In this document: in pieces, positions 54,725 to 64,000 of the stretch
Position numbering within the stretch: position 1 is the first letter of the stretch
How the letters are laid out: each line of letters starts with the position of its first letter
NCBI GenBank assembly: GCA_963693365.1
Contig: CAVNZM010000011.1
Coordinates: 3,821,835-3,885,834, forward strand
Direction of reading: 5' to 3'
Origin: Amoebidium appalachense
Lineage: Eukaryota; Protista; Ichthyosporea
Length of the DNA stretch: 64,000 bases
Notes under the pieces: model-generated
Seen by the model: the letters and a program-made list of their open reading frames with translations, nothing else
What the model was told of the DNA's origin: nothing
Databases searched by the model: none
Program-made: the position numbers and the translations under genes

Positions 54725-55367
54725 GATAGGGGCAGGGTAGATATGTGCATGCGGACGGGCGGGGAAGGAGGGGGGGGGGGGAGGGGGGGGGGCTGCCCGG
54801 AAGGGGGGGGGGGGGGGGGACGGGGGGGGGGGAAGATGATGAAAGAATGAGTTTCAATGGGCAATCTCTCGTGCTGTTTCGCCCTTCTGTCTCTGTCTTT
54901 TTTTATTTGTTGCTCCTTGCGGTTTTTTAGTCATCCATTAAGTACCCCGATTGTTGAACCTGAGATGCTACGCGTTGAAAAAATTAGCTATTGTGGCTAG
55001 CTGCCCCAGCCTGTTGCGGCTAGATTAACTTTTTCCTTTTCTTTCTCCCCTGTTCTCAAAAATGAAAGTAGAAGGAATATCTCAGGCTCTGCATGTAAGG
55101 TTTTGGCATGTGGTGGTGGTGGGGACAAAAGGGCCTCGGGGGCCGGAGGCCGCCGGGGGGGGGGGGGGGGGGGGGGGGCGGGGGTGGGGGAGGGGTATGT
55201 AGCCTGTTGAATCCAAAAAGAGCAAGGATGCAGACCATGGACAGTATGGGGAACATTGAACACTTTCCCGCCTCCTCTCTATTCTACCCCCCCCCCCCCC
55301 CCCCCAACCAACCAACATGCCCCACAAACCCACACATGCAAGCCGCATGCATGCACACACGCACGCG

Positions 55368-55515
55368 CACAAACGAATGCACACACGCACACATGCACAA
55401 AAACGAATCCACACATGCACGCACAAAACCGAATGCACTCACGCACGAACGCACAAAAAAAACGAATGCGCGCACACACGAACACACAAAAACGAATGCG
55501 CACATATGCAGGCAC
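55368..55515. repeat. Short degenerate tandem repeat (cacaaaaacgaatgc.caca), ~6 copies
   Basis: Direct inspection. Confidence 0.7.
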
Positions 55516-56502
55516 AAAAACGATAAAATGCACCCATACACACACACACACGCTTGTTGAGGGACGAATTGTTCAAAGCAGAACATTTCTGCCTTTTTCC
55601 CCGCCGATTGACTATCCCTCTTGCTGCTTATTGCTACAAGGCAAAAAAAAGAAAAGAGAGCCGAGAGCAGAACAATTCATTGATAGGTCAGTTTTTGCCG
55701 GAATTATTCAGGCAGCGGCTAATTTATTCTGCTACTATTTTGGGTTCTCAGGCATACATCCTTCAACACATGTTGTCCTTCATTTCAGCTACTTTCTTTT
55801 CCCGCATGCCTTCGATTGCCTCCCAATCGCACAGACCTTATCAATCCAAGCACGGAAACGGGATAAAGACACATTACAGTAGCCGAGCACACCCACACCA
55901 CAACATGGCATGCGCAAGCAGCCTCCCTCCTCCCTCCCCACCCTCCCCCCCCCCGTGCCCCTCCCTGCCCCCCTCCCAGGCCCCGCCCCTTCTTCCATCC
56001 TCCTCCCCCCTCCCTCACCCCCCCACCCCCACGCACCATTCTTCCCCCACTTCCCGCTCCCCTCTTCCCTTAGGCTCCCCCCCTCCCCCCCCCCCCCCCC
56101 CCCTTTGTTTGCGTCTCTCATGGTGCAGTGTTTACTGCTTTCGGTTGGCCGCTGTGTGGACATCAATAAGAGGTGCCATATCCATTGCAAGTACACGGAT
56201 ACAGCCAGCAAACACGTGCACGTGTCTGGGTGAAGCCAAAAGATGTTTTTTTGAGTGTACACATGCTGGGCTAAGTTGAAACCCTAGGTGCCGCAGCCGC
56301 AAGATTGAGCTTAATCGACGTGACTTACATACAAAACACACATCACAAAAAGCAAATGCCTCCCCCCCCCCCCCCCCCCCCCCCCCGCTCCTGACACACG
56401 CACACACTCACACACAAAATTGAGAAACGAAGCAATCTGTGGGTGATTTCCGGGTGGTAAGGGTTTTTTTTTTTTTTTTTTTTTTAGGGGGGGGGGGGGA
56501 GG

Positions 56503-56536
<34 letters not shown>

Positions 56537-56859
56537 GGGTAACATGGGTTTTTTTAACATCAATCAAGAAACCACCGTAATATTGTCAACACGACACTAT
56601 GATACTGCTTCTCTACATGGGCATGTGGTCACCAGAAGGATTTTTCGGGCCTATACCATTGTATTGCTGTTTGTCCTGAGGAGGGAAAATGGGGAGGAGG
56701 GGGGAGAGAGAGCGGGATTGCAGCAAACACCTATGGCCCTCTGTTGATGGCCGTCTCTCTCTCTATTTCTCTTTACTTTCTTTCTGAGAAGCCCGACGAA
56801 AAGTATAATTGCTGCTTCCTGAGCTTCCTTCCCCCCCCCCCCCCCCCCCCCCCCGCCCC

Positions 56860-56914
<55 letters not shown>

Positions 56915-57026
56915 CCCCCCCCCCCCCCCCCCCCCTCCCCTCCCCCCTACGCGCGCGTGCCCGCGCGCACACACACACACACGCACACACACACTCACGC
57001 ACACACACGCACACACGCACACGCAC

Positions 57027-57068
<42 letters not shown>

Positions 57069-57090
57069 CGTAACACACACACATACACAC

Positions 57091-57159
<69 letters not shown>

Positions 57160-57181
57160 CGTAACACACACACATACACAC

Positions 57182-57244
<63 letters not shown>

Positions 57245-57258
57245 CGTAACACACACAC

Positions 57259-57304
<46 letters not shown>

Positions 57305-58490
57305 TAGTCATGTTGCCGGTTTTCCCATTCGAGCACTCCTCCAGTAATTTCTTGATAGAGCCATCCTATAATGGATTGCCATTTATAACCGGTGTTAAAG
57401 AAAAGCCTTACGTTGGTCATGGTCCAAGGAGTTCAATCACATACGGCGTGTGTGTGTGGAGTTTTTTTTTTTTTTGAGGGGGGGAGGGGGGGGGGGAAGG
57501 CAAGCCCATGCAACTGCAGTTTATCTTGCACACGTTCAGTGCAGCCACTGGCAGAACGTTTCTTCAAATTGTGTCGTTCACCAAGTTACTTTAAATACAA
57601 TCACCTCACTGCCCAGTGCTCCTGCCCAACTAACCTCTCATCCAACGAAGCTGCCGGGAGGGCACCTCCCCCCCTCCCCCCCCCCCCCCCCCCTCCCCCC
57701 CTTCCCCCCTCCTTTCCCCTCCTTCTCCTCTTCCCCCCGTCCCCTACCCTCACCCAGCAACCATCTCAAAAATGTACAAACTCGAAACACACCACACACA
57801 CAACGTCGTACACAAAGCACCCCACCCACACATGAATGTTGTGGCCACACATACAAGTTGAACTTTGCCGGGGCACAAAGTCATGTGAATTAGGACTGGC
57901 ACGGTATGAGTTTCTGGTGTTCTTCCCGGTTTTCGAATAAATCTATTGCACATGCACAAAATATCGGGGACAAACCCTATAGTGATCAGAAAACTAATAG
58001 CTAAATGGTTAACCCCCCCCCCCCCCCTTCCCTGGTGCCTTTTTATGATTTGTATTCTTTGGCCCAAGCATATGTCGAACCTGAATATTTTTAAACCTTG
58101 CTAAAGCAGTGCACTGTGAGATATTCAACTTATTGCACAAGAAATCCCCACGGTAGCCGAAAGTTTAAAGTTAAAATAAGTCCTTTGAGTGCCGCCAAAA
58201 ACAGCTTCTGTTAGCGCATATCAATACAACATACTAAGTTGTAAATAAACATTCCATAAACATAATGACCATATCATCGGCGGGTCATATCATCTGAACC
58301 AGTTTCATCTGTCGGAGTATTCCCCCCCTCCCCCCCTCCCCCCTCCCCCCTTCTCCCCTCTCCCCCCCCCCCCCCCCCAAAAAAAAAAAAAAAAAAACTA
58401 AAAAAAACATTGAAAACATAATAGTGAACCCCCCCCCCCCCCTCCCCCCCTTCTCCCCTTCCCCCCCTCCTCCCCCCCCCCCCCCCCCCC

Positions 58491-58521
<31 letters not shown>

Positions 58522-58689
58522 AAAACTAAAAAAACATAATAGTGAAATAAAAATCCTAAAAAAAAGAGAAAAAATGAACAAGAAAATGAACTAAACCCCA
58601 TCAAAGAATACTTAAAAACTATGGTTGAAAACATGTGCCATGATTGGGGTACAGATGACATGGCTGCTAAACAACCTGGGCCGCATTAC

Positions 58690-59985
58690 TTAGTTCCCAA
58701 GAATCACCTTTGCAGCAATTTTCATCCTCGTCTTTTCCCCCTCCACCCTCTCCAAATCACTCTTCACCCTACCCAACTCCCCCTCCACTTCCTTTAACTG
58801 CCTTTCAAGGTCACTCACACGTGCCTCCGCCGTCTCGCGAAGTGCAATTTCACTCTCACAATCTTTAGTCGCAGTTGCCAGTTTTTCCTCTGCCTCTTTC
58901 AACTTCCTCGCCACGTGTGCATCGACCATCTCAGCCACCCGTGCACCAATCGTCTTGCCTTGACTTGAACCGTATTTAGTTATGGTCGGGTCATCGATGT
59001 GATCACCCTCCCTCTCTGTCTCGGACACCTCTCGGTCGCTATACTCCATCGTCGGTGCTGGGGCTGTAGTAATCACGCTTCTTGGAATTTTGTCTGTTTT
59101 GTTTTTTGAACGCTTGTTCCGTGAAAGGCTAATGTCGACTTCGGTTGCCGGGCGCTTTCGATCATCCTCGTCGGTGTCGGGTGCATGAGGCCGGAGCTGG
59201 AAATACTTTTTGATGGCAGCCCTGTCGTGGTCTGTTAAAGCGCGCGGGCGTATGCGTTGCTCAGCGGTCCGTCCCGGCATTTCCAAAAGAGGAAACTCGA
59301 AGTGCTCCTCTCCCTGAGGCCACCCTGGGTACCTCAGCACAGACAGGACTAGGCCCAATTTCTTGCACAACTCATGGATCGACGGTTGCTTTAATACCGT
59401 TTCCGTTTGCATTCCAGAAGCTGTTAACCACACCCAAGGCTGCACACTCTTTTTCCCGCCGACTTTGTTGGGTAGGAGGCATAGCTGTAAGGATGTTAAG
59501 GTTTTGTTTTCCGGATCCTGCACAAAGCCAAAGCACAACACGGTCAACTCGGTTGTCCACAGCGGCCCGTCAGTAGGCTTTCGTGTATCTGGGTCGATAG
59601 TCATGTCACCGAACACATCCTGTACGGGGACCATACGTCGCTCGGATGGGTTTTCGGCGACGTTGTTTACCAACAGTGCCACCTTTCCCTCTTCCCCCGA
59701 CCCTGGGGGCATGGGAACCAACATAGCCATCCTGTTGAGCTCCTCTTCATCAGGGAGGAGTGTGGTCTTTCGAACGGTTTCAGCGGGCAAATCCCTAAGT
59801 TTAACAACTAGCCGTATGGGCTCGGTCAGGGGGACACGAGGACGTATGGCGTTAATGAACCCGTTGTTATGTAAAAGCTTAAAGTACATGTCGGTGTGCT
59901 GCACGGGTGTGCTTTCTGCCAGTGTGTCGGATGTGTCGCCACACCTGCAGGGAGATTGGGGGGTGTTCGGTGAAGTTGGTTCCAT
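58690..59985 (-). CDS. Unknown family X, copy 3 (431 aa, intact, diverged), basic patch and C-terminal coiled coil
   Basis: RMAMLVPMPPGSGEEGKVALLVNNVAENPSERRMVPVQD and VLCFGFV..LCLLP align with copies 1 and 2; RKRP..RNKRSKNK; heptad tail; TATA-like at ~60110. Confidence 0.85.
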   Translation of the reverse strand: MEPTSPNTPQSPCRCGDTSDTLAESTPVQHTDMYFKLLHNNGFINAIRPRVPLTEPIRLVVKLRDLPAETVRKTTLLPDEEELNRMAMLVPMPPGSGEEGKVALLVNNVAENPSERRMVPVQDVFGDMTIDPDTRKPTDGPLWTTELTVLCFGFVQDPENKTLTSLQLCLLPNKVGGKKSVQPWVWLTASGMQTETVLKQPSIHELCKKLGLVLSVLRYPGWPQGEEHFEFPLLEMPGRTAEQRIRPRALTDHDRAAIKKYFQLRPHAPDTDEDDRKRPATEVDISLSRNKRSKNKTDKIPRSVITTAPAPTMEYSDREVSETEREGDHIDDPTITKYGSSQGKTIGARVAEMVDAHVARKLKEAEEKLATATKDCESEIALRETAEARVSDLERQLKEVEGELGRVKSDLERVEGEKTRMKIAAKVILGN

Positions 59986-60519
59986 GGTCACTTATTATAG
60001 TCCCCAGTGGCTATGTTGCGTGCACATATATATCAATTGCAGAGGAAGATGGGTGTGTAAAAAACAATGCATTTGGTGTGAGAGATGGTGTGTGCGCGCA
60101 GGCTACGCACTTTATATCGCCCCCTCCTCGACTAAATTCCATCTCAGATGCAAAGGTTTGATTGGTAGATGGTAGATCGATTCACACAGCCTCAGCGCGA
60201 CCATTAATGAAAAAATTGCCATGTGTACTGGCGCAACAAGAATTTTCAAGATCTGTGTTCCGAGACTCTGTTGGGCAAAGCTTCACGAATCGCGCGATCG
60301 ACTGCGTAAACAGAAGTGTGTCGCGCGATCCTCACCGTGGGCCTGTGTTACAGGTGCCATGGGCAGTCAAATTTGAAGTCAAACAGCTTCCCCCTTCTTA
60401 CCAGTTCAACCTGTACGGTCGGTAGGCGCCCACATGTGCAATATTGATGACAGCAGCTGTAATAACGTTAACCCCCCCCCCCCCCCCCCCCCGGCGCACA
60501 AGCCCTGCTTCCTGGGGGA

Positions 60520-60568
<49 letters not shown>

Positions 60569-60772
60569 AAAAAAAAAAAAAAGGGGAGGGGGAGGTATAT
60601 AAGAAAGCAAACACCGACACAAACATGTACATGTACAGGCATGTGCGCATGCATATAATAACGTGTATACACATCGCAATCGGTATCTTGCCCCCGCCCG
60701 TTGTCCGGAGCTCCATGCATGTACACCATGGCACACACATTTGCACATGCACGTGCACATGGGCATGCATAT

Positions 60773-60813
<41 letters not shown>

Positions 60814-60995
60814 CATACACAGGCACACATACACGCACATACACACACACATGTACACTGGCATACACACACACAAACAAGCACACACAGAAACACACAT
60901 AAACATACGTTTGTTTTTCCCGGACAGGGATAAAGGTGCACAAAAAGAACTTCTGGCAATTAAAAAGATTTTTTTTTTTGGGGGGGGGGGGGACT

Positions 60996-61141
<146 letters not shown>

Positions 61142-61157
61142 CCGGGAGAGAGTAAAA

Positions 61158-61240
<83 letters not shown>

Positions 61241-61354
61241 TCTGAGAGAGAGGGGGGGAGGGGGAGAGAGAGAGAAAGAGGTGGGGGGAGGGGGAGAGAG
61301 AGAGAGAGAGAGAGAGAGCGAGTGAGCAAGAGATATGAGAGAAAGAGAGAGGGA

Positions 61355-61625
<271 letters not shown>

Positions 61626-62009
61626 CAGAGAAATCGGGTTTTCACAGGGCAAACTAATCTATGAGGAAACTATGTTCCACCCAATACGTAAATAATACGC
61701 GTGCACAATGTGACACCACAGTGACAGTGAGGACCCCTGGGTGGGCGAGCGGGCGAGCGGGGCGGGGCGGGCGGGCGGGCAATTGGAGTGGGGGGGCGGG
61801 GGGGGGGGGGGGGGGGGGGGAGGGGGGGAAAGGGAGGGAGGGAGGGAGGGAGGGAGCTCCGAGGGAGGGAGGGAGGGAGGGAGGGAGGGAGGGAGGGAGG
61901 GAAGGAGGGTGCTCGAGGGAGGGAGGGAGGGAGGGAGGGAGGGAGGGAGGGAGGGGTGAGGAAAAGGGGGGGAGAGAGAGAGAGAGAGAGTGGGGGGGGG
62001 GGGGAGGGG

Positions 62010-62238
<229 letters not shown>

Positions 62239-62723
62239 AAAGGAGGAAGAGAAAAATATATCAGCGAAGTTGATGCCAAGTTCCGTTGACAGAAAGAGTT
62301 TATGAAATGCTCATGTGCGCAACACACACACTACAAATTCGTTGACCCAGTGAAGTATTCCTTACTAGCCGTGGCCAGTGATACTAGAAAGTACTAGTCA
62401 CGTGCTAACAAGGTTATTTTTTACTGTTTTCAGCCTCGTAATGGTTCTCTACGATACTGTTCTTGTTTCAGCATTTATTATGATTAAAACATTCAGAATC
62501 TGATGGGTAGGATTATATGGCCCGGCTATATTTACAGGGCAAATTAATGGCAGGCAGATACAACAGTGCCTAACTAAGTTGTGTGTTCCCAGTTACAGTG
62601 TATTGGTTGCATGCATGGAAGTTTGGACTGACATTCTCCAAAACTAGTCTAAATGCAGAAATAATATGATTGTATTCTTTGAGAAAGCGACTGGTTTTTT
62701 AACGTTACAACCCTATAGGTTAT

Positions 62724-64000
62724 CTAGCGCAGGGTTACTGTGTTTGCACGCATGTTTTCCTCGCTGAGTGCAATGACCCCGTTTGCCGCCTTGTTGATTC
62801 TCAGCGCTAGCTTGCTACCCTGCCCCTTGTTGCCGTTGAAAGTGCTTCCCTGGAAAGTAAGAGTCAACCCAGTAAGAGCCCCCCCACCAGAGAGCCCGTC
62901 CCACACAGAAGCCCTCCCAATCGATTGGTTGTCGAGAAATTCGGCCGTGACGTCCACCTTGGAATTACGGATGATGTTGGTGGCAATGGCATCACCTCGC
63001 CCTTTTCCGTCCCAGCTCTCGGATGAGTCAACCATCGCTTTGTTGCCCACGAATTTTCCTCCAATTTTCATGGTACCCCCCTTGGTATTTTGGATCCACA
63101 TGGCGCCGCCGCGGGTGCCCCAACCATGGATATTCTCATTGGCCTCAAACAATGCCTGCGTGTTGAAATTAAATTTTCCCCCATCTGGCCAACGTATAGA
63201 GCCCCCCCTCCGGGTGCCTTGTTGTGCAAAAAGTTAGTAGCTGGGCCGAAGGTCACCGAGGCTCCCTTAAGCACATTTTCGATGCACAGAGCCCCCCCGT
63301 TCCCGTGCTCAAATTCGTGCATGTTGGCCCTGAATGTGGTAGTGTCGATGTTCAGGTTGCCCTTAACCTCATGCAGGCACACGGCGCCACCGCCAGACTC
63401 CCACCTGAGCTTTTTGTGCGGGTGGCGGGTGGCAACACTCTCCTCAAAGATACTTCGTTCAATATCCATGTTACCCACACGACCAACGAAAATCGTGCCT
63501 CATCCGCGTGCCTGTGTCTTGAACTTTGAAAACTTGCACCCCGAAATGTGCAGGTCGTCAGGGGAATATTTCACTGCCTCGGGGAACTCGCCGTCACCGA
63601 TCTCTGGCGTCCGAAAAAACGAACCGTATTCAGAGGTGCGTTCAAAGAAAATGTCCGAGAAAGAGAGGGCCTGGGGGTGCTTTGCGGTGGCACGAAGGAT
63701 AGCGCCATGGGGCAGGTCTGCGGTCAGAGAGACGGTGGGCTTCGCGCTGCCGCATCCTGCAAAGCTGAGTGATTTCGGGCTGACTGGAATTTCCCCGTCC
63801 ACGTTGATGTTGCCGTGAACATAAATCGTCTCGTCGTCTTTTGCGCTTTCAACAGCGCTGGCAAGAATATTTGCACACTTATCTCCTACAGAAACACCCT
63901 TGGGACAGCTGAAAGGGCAGACGGGAAGTGAAGTTGGTGGGTTCTGTGCAGACTTGATGTGGTGAGGGTTGGGGTGGGGGAGGGCATGAGTGGTGGATGC
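62724..64000 (-). pseudogene. Polymorphic-membrane-protein-like (GGA[ILV]/FxxN) beta-helix repeat protein, 5' end outside window
   Basis: GGGAVC..FRAN..NGGALC..FLHNKAPGGGALY..FEAN..RGGAMW..FVGNKA..FLDN; in-frame TGA at 63500-63502 and 1-nt indel in the homopolymer run at ~63180; no introns seen. Confidence 0.75.

Noticed and set aside
59363-60175. 270-aa plus-strand ORF
   Set aside because: Antisense shadow of family X copy 3, whose strand is supported by paralogs

Overview
Eukaryotic, intron-containing, gene-poor DNA packed with (CA)n/(AG)n microsatellites and poly-G/C runs. A unicellular opisthokont such as an ichthyosporean is plausible, but that is inference only. Most ORF-track entries are microsatellite artefacts. 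Supported content: (1) a 4-exon, 83-aa gene that looks like a nucleus-encoded, mitochondrion-targeted C-terminal fragment of Cox1 (Cox1-c); (2) a 1.6-kb TA-flanked TIR element carrying a coiled-coil exon; (3) a decayed LINE RT; (4) a Gypsy-like gag-protease with an in-frame UGA-CGG junction, cut off before RT; (5) three intronless paralogs of an unrecognised protein family with an NLS-like patch and coiled coil; (6) a ~10-kb TIR element holding an exact 147-bp satellite and a structurally complete Ngaro-type tyrosine-recombinase retrotransposon; (7) an inverted pair of secreted Cys-rich mucin-like genes with template-switch-like palindromes; (8) a partial sterol-glucosyltransferase-like GT1 gene; (9) a Pmp-like beta-helix gene at the right edge. 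Several frameshifts fall in homopolymer runs and may be sequencing errors. All family assignments come from motif recognition by eye; no searches were run.
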